DNA of 64,000 bases, taken from Emiliania huxleyi CCMP1516 (Eukaryota). The position numbers and the translations under genes were made by a program. The stretch covers positions 1,535,331 through 1,599,330 of the forward strand of contig NW_005202428.1 in assembly GCF_000372725.1 (NCBI RefSeq), in the 5' to 3' direction. Position 1 is the first letter of the stretch, and the number at the start of each line of letters is the position of its first letter. A model generated the notes under the pieces. That model ran no database searches and had not been told where the DNA came from. It saw nothing but the letters and a program-made list of their open reading frames with translations. Shown here one piece after another: positions 12,301 through 22,940 of the stretch.

Positions 12301-14927
12301 CGGCGCATCTCGGCGCATCTCGGCGCATCTCGGCTCATCTCGACCCCGTGCGACAAGGGCGCCCTCGGGCGAAACTACGCGCAGGGCTCCCGTTGGCAAG
12401 GCTGGACGCGTTCCTGGAACCTTCTCGGAGCCTTCATGGAGCCTTCCTATAGGCTCCATCCTGGCGCGGCGGTACGGCGCGGAGGCACCGCTTCCGCCCG
12501 AGGCAGACATGCTGCAGCACTTGCGCGCGCTGCTCGGCGCCGCCCATCTCCAGCGCGCCGGTCCCCGCCCTCCTGCCGCCGTCCACCCCTCTCGCTGCGG
12601 GTAGGTGTTTACTCTGCCGTGCTGGCGGACGAGGGGTACCAGAGGGATGTGGTGCGGCCGCTCGACGCAGCTCTGGCCTCGCACTACGGCGCCAAGTTGC
12701 GCGCGGTCGACGACGCGGTCGCCGACGAGCGGCTCGGCGGATTGGAGCGGGAGGAGGTGAGCTGCGAGTCGGACTCGGCCGACGAGGGGGAGGGGGCAGG
12801 GGAGGGCGAGGGCGAGGAGGTTGGGGAGGGCGGGCAGGACGGGGAGGTTGCGGAGGTTGGGGAGGCACCCCCGCCTCTCGCGCCCCCGCCCGCCGCGCCC
12901 CCGCCCGTCGCACCCCCGTTTGTCGCGCCTGCCGAGGTCTCGGCCTCTTGCCAAGCTGAGGGGGCGGGCCCCGCGCAGCAGCTCGCGCCGCCGGCAGAGG
13001 CGGCGCCTCCGCCTCTGCCGCAGAAGGCAGCACAGGCGGCGCAGGAGGCGGCGGCGCAGGAGGCGGCGGCGCAGGAGGCGGCGGCGCAGGAGGCGGCGGC
13101 GCAGGAGGCGATGTGCGACGACACCGGCGCCGACGCAGCGGGCGCAACGGGCAATCCTCCCGCCTTCGCGCCGCCGTCATGCGAAGGCGGCGCGGGCGTG
13201 AGTCCAGCGTTTGCCCACGCGCCAGCTCCGCCCCGCGACACCGAGGCGGGTCCGTCGGTCGCGGGGCCTCTCCCGGCCGGCGGCGGCGGCGGCGGCGTCG
13301 CGCCCGCCCCCGGCGGCGCGGAGCTGGAAGCGGACAACTCTTGGGTGAGGCGGCCGAGGAAGGCGGGTCCGAAGCGCGCGCCGTGGGAGCGGGCGCAAGC
13401 CGCGGCGCCGTTGGGCGCGCCGAACGGGCCGTGGGAGTCGGTGTCACTGCGCTTGAGCGGTGCGGGCTTCGCGGAGGCGTTGGCGAGGGCGAGCGAGCCT
13501 AGATGCCGGACCACAGCTCCGCGTATTCCAACCCAGCCCTCGAGAGGATGGTAGTCAGCCGTATCCAGCGGCGCTCACTGTATGCGTGGCCCGTGTATTC
13601 GCGCGATCCGCTCACACTACACTGCACGAGACCGTCCTTACGCCCCGACTCTAACTTGCTCATGACGTAGGCGCTCGACCCGCCGAGCGGCGAGGGCGTG
13701 AGCGGCGAGGCGCTGGTCGGCAAGAGCGTCGACGTGTGGTGGCCGATGGACGTGGCGTGGTACTCTGCGCGCGTGCTCGCCTACTCGGGCGAGGCGACCG
13801 ACAAGCACCAGCTGCTCTACACCGACGGCCAGCGGGAGACTCTCAAGCTCGCAAGGCACCGCTGGCGGCTCAGCGCGGCGCAGCCGCCCTCGCAGCCTCC
13901 GGCGCAGACTGGCCCGGAAGCTGCGCCCCCCCCCCCCCCTCGAGGAGCGGCCGCCGCCTCCGCGAAGCGCAAGCGCGCGGCGGAGCGCGAGGAGGAGGAG
14001 GACGCGGACATGCTTGAGAAGCTGCGCGCGCGGAGCCGCGCTCGCCGGCGCTCGGCTAGCCTTCCCGGCGGCGGCGCTGGCGGCAGTGGCGGCAACGGCG
14101 AGAGCGCACCAGGCGGTCTAGCTTCCGCGCCAGCGCCAGCGGCGGCGTCAGCGGCGGCGTCCGAGGCAGAGGACGACGAGGTGGAGGTGGAGGTGGACGC
14201 GGCGGCGGCGGAGGGCGGGGCGGCGGCGGAGGGCGGGGCGGCGGCAAGCATCGACGTTCTGCCGCCGCCGCCCGAGGCTGCGTTTGCTCCGACCTCGACG
14301 GCCGAGGGCGAGCTGGTTGAGGGCGGCGGGGAGGAGGGGGAGGGGGAAGAGGACCTGCTGTCTGAGTTGCCCGCGGCTGAGCTGCAGCGCATTCTCTCGT
14401 GTGAGGCTTCGGCGGACGCCGAGAGCGGCGGTGGCGGAGCTGACGGCGCGACTGACGGCGCGACTGACGGCGGCGGCGGCGGGGGGGGCAGCAGCAGCGA
14501 GGGTGGCGCCGAGGGCGACGGCGGCGGCGAGAGCGGGGGTGAGTTTGTGAGGGAGGTGGAGGGCGTGGGCAGGCTGCTGCTCTCGTCGCGCAACCCGACG
14601 GGCTACCAGGGAGTCTACGCCCCAAAGGCGCGGGCCGGCACCGCCAAGCCCTTTGTCGCGATGCTCACGGCCTCTGGTGTGCAGCGCCACATCGGCTGGT
14701 TCCGCACCGCCGTCGAGGCGGCCGCGTGCTACACACGCGTGCGCCACGCGCTCGATGCGCGGTCTCAAAAGGCGAGCCGCAGCCAGCCGAGCGCCCGCCA
14801 GATGCCGCCCGCCGCCCCGCCCGCCGCGAGCCCGCCTCCTGGCTCCGAGGCGGGGCTGTTTGGCCCGCCCGCCGCTGCGGCGCCGAGCGACGAGCCGCCG
14901 CTCCCAATGGAGGTTGAGGAGCTGTGA
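9391..14927 (+). CDS. Multi-exon chromatin/DNA-binding protein: SH3-like + HMG box + coiled coil + McrB-N/DUF3578-like + Tudor-like + AP2/ERF-like domains
   Basis: SH3-like GRAVLLNGLVARADLNGATG...GRYVIRV (~9550-9715); HMG box PRRAQTAWNYY...ASWEQLPAAERSVYEGKAAADRERH (~9750-9945); DUF3578-like VRSSCGCGGWARVPW...GLYLQYLFAADMSAVYLSLGQGTT (11768-12640, spliced); Tudor-like LVGKSVDVWWPMDVAWYSARV...HQLLYTDG (13710-13870); AP2-like TGYQGVY...RHIGWFRTAVEAAACY (14580-14745). The parts can be joined by plausible GT/GC-AG introns, so a single gene is inferred. Confidence 0.75.
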
Positions 14928-16845
14928 TGGCGGGGGGGGGGGTGGCATCTTAGATGATCTAATGATCATCACCCCGTCTTTTGAGCACTCTTTTTGTCTC
15001 TTTCTCGGACGCTCATCGCGGCCATGGCGCATGGCCCATGGGTCGGGAGGGTGGACGGGCTCCAACCTCTGGGCCGGCGCGGGGCCCCCCGGAGGCACCG
15101 TGCACCGCGCCGCACTGCGGAAACGGGGCTGCTCCGGCTCCGCTAGTGTCAGCTAGCACCAACTTCCCGATTAAGTACGGTTAAGTAGAGGGCAGATTTG
15201 GAAAGATCTCGAGGAGTACATACAGATAGACCCTCCAACCATCAGAAAACTCCGACCTGATCGGTCGTACTGACCGCCGACAGATCACTCCAGACAGCAG
15301 ACAGGCCGACTTCTGCACGCGGCCGGCCGGGCGAGAGGCTTGACACGATCCGACCCTGCGACCCTGACGCTGCTGCTCTAGCTATCAGCCATGCACTGCT
15401 GACTGCTGCCACAATGTGCGACCTGTGCTGGCCCACTTGGCGGCCTTCCCGGTCAGTGGTGAGGCGCAGTTCAGAGCTGTCGATGGCGCGATGCCGCACT
15501 GGTCCCACATTGGTGACACGAGACCACCAAGTTTGCCGGTCCAAGAGAGAGGCACCGGCGCTGTCCTGAGAAGGTGCGTGGTCCCTCTTGACTGCCCATG
15601 CGCGCGAGGCTGTGTAGGCATAGCCTCGAGAGTGCCAGCAGCCAATCCGAGGTGACGCGCATTGCGCCAGAAGCGTGCACACGATGGAAGGACACCTTCC
15701 TACTGGCCGTACGATCAGGTCGTCACTGAATGCTTGATACTAAGGCCGCGAGCTATGCAGGTGATCAATTGTGCATCATGGCACGGTCAGCTGCGCCGAC
15801 AGGCTGTCGCAAGGCGTGATAGCATGGCCGCAAGTACGCCGAATTCCCATGAAAACAAGTAAAAAATCACAAAAAAGAAAAACAATCCAAAAAATCGGCG
15901 CCTGCGGCGGGCCATGGGACCCCATCTCCCCCCCGCATGGACACCCTCTGGGGCCCCCGCGCCGGCCCAGAGGCTCCAACGCTGCTTCAAGCAAAGAAGG
16001 GGAGGGAGAGAGCGAGCACACGCGGCGAGCGCAGGAGGCGAGCGTGCACGTCGCCTGTGCGGCGTCTTGTTCACTCCCCTTTGAGCTACCTTTGTGCCCC
16101 CTTAGGGGCACCCCTCCTGCGCTGCGCGTATGGTCACCCCTCCCTTCCGCCCTGTTGTTTTGGATGCCCCGCTCCGAGAAAGCATCTCTAGCATGTCTCG
16201 CGCCCCCCAATGAACATACCAGTGAGGGAGGGCGAGACGATCGAGGGGTCCCGTACCACGCGGAATCGACCCTATCCAGTGCTCAAGTGCTCAAGTGTCT
16301 CGCGCAGGCGCGCAGCTGCGAGAAAAGACCTTTCGCAGATCCACGCGGCCCGCGGCGCCGGCGGTTCTCGGCGCGCCCGGGAGACGCGAGAGAACGGTGG
16401 GTCGGTGGGAGAAGAGATGTGCATGTGGGCATGCCATGTTGCCCCATGTTACTCTACCACACTGGAGTGACAGTAGTATCATCCGCCGGTATTCTGATAC
16501 GTCTCATGTGCATGTGGGCAGGGCCTTCTCGTCACGAAATATGAAGAATGCACCGACACCACGATCCACGTGACGAGGGCCCCATCTGACAGCCCTCCTG
16601 ACAGAAGCCTCAGAGGCCAGACGCTCGCGTGTCGCGATAGGTTGCAACCCCTATGGCTATGTCCCCTGCATGCCTTACGAATGCGTAGTTTACCCGTTGT
16701 CGGGCCGATGTGTGTAGTCGACACACGCACAAGAGAGCCGACGCAGAGTGCGCGCCGTCACAGTCGGCAACGGGAGCACGCTCGTCTCGTCTCGCCAAGG
16801 AAGAGCACAGGCCAAACAATGCCCAGCGAACCATGTGCCACGCTC

Positions 16846-17301
16846 TCACTTGAATAGCTCCGCGATATCAGGGTTGAGCTCCTCGGCAATTTCACCTGGC
16901 GTCTTCCCCTCCTGAGCAGAAACATGTTGAAGGGCGGGACTGTAAGGAGCGCTCGCTAACACGGGCGTGACAATTGAGACAGGAAGTGGCGGCACACGTT
17001 GTTCTGTATCGTGAGCGCATCGGGGTACATCTCGATCATTGCCTTGACTACGGTCTCCGATTTGCTGTACTGGGCGGCCACGTGCAGGGCGACGCCGCCC
17101 GCCTATGTCATAAACTCTTGCCTCATGCTTTGCTCACGATGTTTCCCATCCATTGACGCGCACCGGGTTCTGCGTGTCTTTGAGCTCGTCCAAATTCATC
17201 AGCTTGAGCAGCCGCTTGTCTGACTTCGCGTAGTTCTCCGGGTGGAGAAAATCGTTGTATTCAAATATCGAGCCCTCGAGGTTCGAGGCAGCGCAGCCCA
17301 T
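16846..17301 (-). CDS. Small three-exon ankyrin-repeat protein with an N-terminal MGC acylation-type motif
   Basis: Inferred splice product MGCAASNLEGSIFEYNDFLHP...|AGGVALHVAAQYSKSETVVKAMIEMYPDALTIQNN|GGKTPGEIAEELNPDIAELFK*. It is not present as one ORF in the track. Confidence 0.6.
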
Positions 17302-17676
17302 GTGCAAAGCGCAAGCGTCGCGTGCGACGTCTCGCGTACCCTCCCGTCCGTCGCGGAACTCGTTGCGCCGCGAGGATTCTTTCCTCCTTCGTTCGGCAAG
17401 CTGAGGAAAAACAAAAAAAGTTCCTTGCGCTTCTGGCATCCCTTTGCGATGCGCATTCGAGGCCGAAGAGGGCAGAGGCGGGCTCGACGGCAGCAGCGCC
17501 GGCAGCAGCGACAGTGCGGCCAGCGCGCCGCGCCGCGTCAACGCCGGCGACGCGCCGCGACGCGTCTAGGCGCATCGGCTAGTTCTGCGGCGAAGGGCAG
17601 AGGGGCGACAATAGCACTCGGGGGCGACGGCGGAGGCACGGCTCTGCAGCTCCCGGCGACAACCCCAAAAAGAAAC

Positions 17677-18830
17677 AATAAATAAATAAATACAACGGAC
17701 ATCCCAAGCTAGGGCTGGGTCGAGGACAGACACGTCCCCACCTTTGCAGGATTTTGCAAAAGCGAGGGGGGAGGGCGCATCGCCGCGCGGAGAGGGCTCT
17801 CTCGCATAGGATACGCACTCGGCGGCACGAGGGCAAGGCTGGGCGTCCTATGTTTGTGCTCCCCCCCGGACCCCTCGCTCTCGGGCACTAACCATCTGAC
17901 CACTCATCGACGGGGCTTGGCGAGCGGCCGCGCTGCGGGGCAGGGCTGGTGAGAATGGGCTCTGGCCACTCGCCCGTGCGGTTGTAACCCCGCATCTGTC
18001 GGACAGAGGCCTCGACCGCCCCTCGCGGCAAGCTCTCGAGCACCTCGAGCAGCTCGCCCGCCGCCATCGCCGCCTCGAACTGCTCCCTCATGCCGAGCGC
18101 GCCGCATACCCTGCGGACCGCCTCCTGCTGCACCTCGTCCGGCGTATCGGTTTCATAGCCGGACGAGTCAGCGGAGGCGGCCCGCTTGGCGGGCGGAGAG
18201 TCGGGCGACGGCGAGCGCGACTGGCGCGAGGGCCCGCTGCCGCGCGCGGACAGCGCGTTCTTGTCAACGAGACGGGGTCCAGCATCGGCACGGCCCCTGG
18301 CACCGCGGCCCTTGCCGCGCTGCTGCTGCCCACGCTTCCTGCCCGGGTTAGGGACAGTGAAGGAGCAGCCGCGCACTCCGCCGCCGCTGGGCGGCGGCGG
18401 CACGCGCGCGGCGGCGGCCGGGCCCGCAGGCGCGGCGGGCTGGCCACCCGCGGTGGCACCCTGCGGCTGCGATGCGGCTGCGGCGGCGTACGTCTTGGGC
18501 GCCGGCTCCGCGGCTGGCGGCGCGGCGGCAGGGGCGGGCCGCGCCGCAGGGCTCGCGCTCGCAGGCGGCTCCGTGGCCTGCGCCTGCCGCTCGTGGCGCA
18601 CGGCGCGCTCGAGCTGCGAGTGCGGGTGCAGCTGTACGATGACGTCGCCGCTCTGCGTCGCGGTGAAGGAGACCGAGTACGGCGCTTCGCCGTCGTTCTT
18701 CTTCTCCGCGTAGACGAGCGCGTAGTCGCACACCTGTCGTTGGTGGTCAGTGAAGATGGTCTCTGTGCAGCGCTCGGCGGAGCCGACGCGAGAGAAGTGC
18801 CGCCTGAACGCCATGCGTTCAGGCGCTGTT
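17677..18830 (-). mobile_element. Dispersed non-LTR-type retroelement copy with an unknown ORF (17888-18835) and a (TATT)n tail
   Basis: The 3' ~420 bp is closely similar to 53697-54150 on the opposite strand. Both copies end at ...GATGTCCGTT plus a TATT-rich tail and differ in their 5' extent. Confidence 0.7.
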
Positions 18831-18894
18831 AACAACGCCTCGACTCGCAGAATGGCGCAAATTCTTTTTCTCTCTTCATTTCAGACATGTGTGT

Positions 18895-20940
18895 ATGTCC
18901 GCCGCGCCAGCCCGCACCGGCGCCAGACGCCGCACACCGCCTCCTCCGTCGACGAAGCGCGGCGGCGACGTCCCTGCAAGCATTCGGGAGGCCGCCACGG
19001 ATGGCCAAGCGGGAGCGGTGCTGGCGTGGACCGACGGCGGCGGTAGGGTCGACGAGACGTTCGAGTACACCTTTTTGGACGGCTCTCGTGAGAGCGAAAT
19101 GACGCTGCTGATGATCGCGATGGCCAATGGCCACGCGGAGCTGGCCGAGGCGCTTCTGCGGCGCGGCTCGGACGTCTCGTTGCAGAAGAGCGACGGTGGC
19201 ACCGCGCTGTGCCTTGCCGCCGCCAACGGCCGCGAGCTGGCTTTGCGGCACGGCGCGGAGATCAATCAGAGAAGCACGACCGGCGTCACTGCGCTGATGG
19301 CCGCCGCCTACGAAGGCCACGAGCGGGTGGTCGACACGCTGATCCGGCACGGCGCGGAGATCAACCTGCAGGCCAACGACGGCGACACCGCTCTGATGTT
19401 CGCCGCCCTCGGCAACCGTCCCGCCGTGGTGCTCCGCTTGCTGCGGGCGGGCGCAGACATGACGCTCCGCTCTAGCGGCAAGACGGCGCTGCAGATTGCC
19501 AAGGAGGAGGGCCACGCCGAGTGCGTTGAGGCTTTCAGGACGTATCTCGTGGAGGTAATGGCGGCGCGCAGCAAGGCGCCATCATCGGTCGAGGCGGGCG
19601 GCGCGGGGACGAGCGGCGCACCCGCAGGCGAGGCGGAGGCGGGCGCCAGTGCCGCGGCCTCTTCTTCGAGCGGCGAGGGCGCAAAGGCCGCGCCGGGCAG
19701 CGAGGCGGTGCCAAAGGAGGTCGTGCTTGCGGCTGGGCGAGGAGACGAGCCGCCGGTGCTGGCGTGGCTCGACCGCGGCGGGTGGGTCGACGCGGCGTTC
19801 GAGTTCCTCTTTGGTTGCGGGACTCATGCGAGCGGCGTGACGCTCCTGCTGCTCGCAATGATGAATGGTCACGAGGGGCTGGCCGAGGCGCTTCTGCGGC
19901 GCGGTGCGGATGTCTCATTGCACACCAGCAACGGTGGCACCGCGCTCATGACCGCCGCCGTGAACGGCCGCGAGAAGCTGGTCGAGCTGGCACTGCGGCA
20001 CGGCGCGGAGATCAATCAGAGAAGCTGCACGACCGGCTGCACCGCGCTGATGGACGCCGCCTACAAAGGCCACGAGCGGGTTGTCGACACGCTGATCCGG
20101 CACGGCGCGGAGATCAACCTGCAGACCAGCAACGGCGACACCGCGCTGATTTGGGCCGCTTTCAACGGCCACCCCGCCGCCCTGCTCTGCTTGCTGCGGG
20201 CGGGCGCAGATATGACGCTGTGCACTAATAGCGGCAATACCGCGCTGCAGTGGGCCAAGGTGAAGGGCCACGCCGAGTGCGCGCGCGCCCTCGAGGAGCA
20301 CGCGGCGGCCAAGGCGGCGGCCGAGAAGGCGGCGAAGGAGGCGGCGTGGGCTGCGGGGGCGGCGGAGAGGGAGGCGCAGAGGGCGGCGGAGGAGAAGGAG
20401 GCGGCGCGGCACGCCGACGAGCTGCTGGCGGAGGTCGAGGCTGAGAAGCGCGCCAAGGGCAAGAAGGGCAAGAAGAAGAAGAAGGGCGGAGAGGCGAGCG
20501 CGGCTGGGCCGTCGCAGGAGGCGGAGGAGGGTGCCGAGGCGCCGTCGGAGGCAGCTGAGGCCGCAAAGAAGGCCGAGGAGGAGAGAATGATCAGGCTTCT
20601 CGAGAAGTGTCACGAGGAGAGGATCCGGTTCGGCATCACGGCGGCGAGCCAGGCAGCGGCGTCGGCAGCGGTGGCCAAGGCGGTGCGCTTGGACGCTGAG
20701 GCGGACGAGGCGGAGGAGGAGGCAGAGGCGGACGAGGAGGCGGCGGCGGTGGCAGAGGTGGCTCGGGCGGCGGCGGCGCAGGCGCAGGCGGACGCCAGGG
20801 CAGCGCTGGAGAAGGCCAACGCGGCGCTCGCGGACGCGACGGCCGCTGCAGAGGCGAGCGCTGCTGTTGCGGCTGCTTCGAAGGCCAAGGCGACCGCTGC
20901 CAGGATGGCCGCGGATGCAGCCGAGCAGCAGCGCTCGTGA
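18895..20940 (+). CDS. Ankyrin-repeat protein with an internally duplicated ankyrin block and an Ala/Glu/Lys-rich coiled-coil tail
   Basis: Repeated TALMAAAYEGHERVVDTLIRHGAEINLQ and GDTALxxAA motifs; two similar ~190-aa blocks; single ORF. Confidence 0.9.
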   Translation: MSAAPARTGARRRTPPPPSTKRGGDVPASIREAATDGQAGAVLAWTDGGGRVDETFEYTFLDGSRESEMTLLMIAMANGHAELAEALLRRGSDVSLQKSDGGTALCLAAANGRELALRHGAEINQRSTTGVTALMAAAYEGHERVVDTLIRHGAEINLQANDGDTALMFAALGNRPAVVLRLLRAGADMTLRSSGKTALQIAKEEGHAECVEAFRTYLVEVMAARSKAPSSVEAGGAGTSGAPAGEAEAGASAAASSSSGEGAKAAPGSEAVPKEVVLAAGRGDEPPVLAWLDRGGWVDAAFEFLFGCGTHASGVTLLLLAMMNGHEGLAEALLRRGADVSLHTSNGGTALMTAAVNGREKLVELALRHGAEINQRSCTTGCTALMDAAYKGHERVVDTLIRHGAEINLQTSNGDTALIWAAFNGHPAALLCLLRAGADMTLCTNSGNTALQWAKVKGHAECARALEEHAAAKAAAEKAAKEAAWAAGAAEREAQRAAEEKEAARHADELLAEVEAEKRAKGKKGKKKKKGGEASAAGPSQEAEEGAEAPSEAAEAAKKAEEERMIRLLEKCHEERIRFGITAASQAAASAAVAKAVRLDAEADEAEEEAEADEEAAAVAEVARAAAAQAQADARAALEKANAALADATAAAEASAAVAAASKAKATAARMAADAAEQQRS

Positions 20941-21059
20941 CGTGAGAGCTGCTCGGGTGGCTCTCAGGATAGTATTCCGTCGATCACAATCTGTCCGCCG
21001 CGTGGCGAGACTGAGTGAGAGTTAAGGACAGACTGTCGCACGCGAGAGAGCTGCTCGTA

Positions 21060-22140
21060 CAGCCACCATGATGCAATTTCGAGGCAACTCCTTGTCGCAT
21101 GTCGGGTATGCGCCAGCGCTTCTCAATCTGCTGCAGCGCAGGTTTGCAGTCGCATAGTACTAAGCACCGTCGCGTCTGTGCGTCGCGCTCGCGCTCGCCA
21201 TTTTGCGAAGGTATGCGAGTTCGCGTACATCTCCGCGTCTATCACCTCCCACGTGCTCGGCAGCTTTCCTCCCCCCACATTCCCGCCCCAAACGCTGTCC
21301 GTATCTCCCCTTCTTCACAGGGTCCGATTCCGTTGGGATCCTTTACCTGTGCGTCTCTCTCGGGACGCTCTTTTCGAATCGTGTCCGGTCCTCTTCGAAC
21401 ACGCCGTACGCCACCCCCTACGGCTTTAGGGTTCGGCACGTACTTTCCATCCTCCGCCATTTTGTCTTCATGGTCCTTTCCTCCGTCCGTCGCCGCGAAG
21501 TGTGTGAACTGGTGTGAGACGTGCAGCGCGAGGCATGTCTGTGCTACTTTCACGTTCAGAGCTCGTCCCTTCCCCGACGGATCGGAGCGGCTCGCTGTCC
21601 TTTCCCACCTTGATTTGCGCTCCCTTGCCGTCTCTCAGCTCTCCCCCCGTCTCAAACTCTCGTCGTATCGGAGCAAGAAGCGCGTTAGGGGGTCCTCCTG
21701 TAGCTCCCCTACTCTGATCGCGCTCGCCCCGTGTCCGTATCCCACAAAGAGCTCGTAGCCTTCGTCCCGCCAGTTTATGTGTCTCTGGGGCGCCCCCTCT
21801 GGGAACAACGTCTCATCCGCCCCTAGGCTCCCCTCCTGTCGCTCCCTCTCCTGCCTCTCCATCATCTTTCTCACCGCGTCCGCCGTGATCTTATTTTGCT
21901 CGGGTATCTCCTCCTCCCATGTCGCATTCGTGTCGAGGCCCGGGGTCCCCTCCAGTTTTACCACTCGATTGTCCCCTTCCTCTCTCGACCCCAGGTGTGT
22001 GCCGCTATCTTGCGCCGGTTTCTTCCCTCCGAGGTAGAGCGTCCTGGCCTTCCCCTCCACTCGGATGTCCGTCTTGGTTCGCCCTTCTTCGAACGTGTGT
22101 TCTGTCATGTTGGCGCCGGTGTGCACAACCCGTTTACCTC
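21060..22140 (-). mobile_element. Decayed non-LTR retrotransposon fragment with an RNase H domain
   Basis: Minus-strand translation across a stop and frameshifts gives FAATDGG ... WEVIDAEMYA ... RCLVLCDCKPALQQIEKRWR, the D-E-D arrangement of RNase H as in LINE ORF2. Confidence 0.6.
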
Positions 22141-22201
22141 CCTGCTGTAATCGATGAATCGCCCTCAAGCTGTGCAGCAGCAGCAGAGCAGCACACCCGC
22201 A

Positions 22202-22940
22202 CTTGGAGCACTTGGAGTGCAGTCAGTAACCGCACATCCAGGGCCGGGGAGCTAAGAAGCGCACCCAGCGGGCCGGATGATTGGCATCGGGTTGCGGGCA
22301 AGAGAGCCCTAGCCCCGGGGGTGCGCGTTCGCAGGGAAAGGGCCTTAAAGTAAACACGGGTCTCCGAGGGTTAGCCCCGCGTACCGGGTTTCCCCTTAAC
22401 TGCAGGACGCCCCCTCTACTCGGAGCTAATGAACACCATACTGCACGCCCCACACCACCACTCTACACTCACTTGCGTCGGCGTTTGAGTAGTCCCCCCC
22501 GCCTGAGGGCTCACCCCTCGCCTTCCCAGGGAGCAGGGTCTCACTCAACCTCCTTGATCGCCCTCTTGCTCGTCTCCCGAGCGTTATGCGACGACCGGTA
22601 TGGTCGTTTCCCTCGTTGTTGGTGTCGCTTCCTCCGCTGCCGCCCTTCATCTCCGCCAGCTTCTCCCGGCTCCACCGCTTCCGAGTGCGTCGACGGCCCG
22701 GTCGAGGTCTCGCCTTGGAGCACTTGGAGTGCAATCAGTAACCGCACATCCAGGGCCGGGGAGCTCAGAAGCGCACCCAGCGGGCCGGATGATTGGCATC
22801 GGGTTGCGGGCAAGAGAGCCCTAGCCCCGGGGGTGCGCGTTCGCAGGGCAAGGGCCTTAAAGTAAACACGGGTCTCCGAGGGTTGGTTCCGTGTACCGGG
22901 TTTCCCCTTAACTTCAGAACGCCCCCTCTACTCGGAGCTA
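22202..22940. repeat. Two 227-bp direct repeats (22202-22428 and 22714-22940) separated by 285 bp
   Basis: Both begin CTTGGAGCACTTGGAGTGCA and end CCCCTCTACTCGGAGCTA, with only scattered substitutions. Confidence 0.9.

Noticed and set aside
15150..16840. Gene-poor region possibly containing another DNA transposon
   Set aside because: No terminal repeats, TSD or coding motif could be established by eye.
17400..17670. Twin-arginine-like leader fragment (TRRGALAALSLL) on the minus strand
   Set aside because: No start codon or downstream domain can be linked; at most a gene fragment cut by the adjacent insertion.
22202..22940. TRIM/LTR retrotransposon
   Set aside because: No TG...CA termini, primer-binding site, polypurine tract or TSD identifiable.
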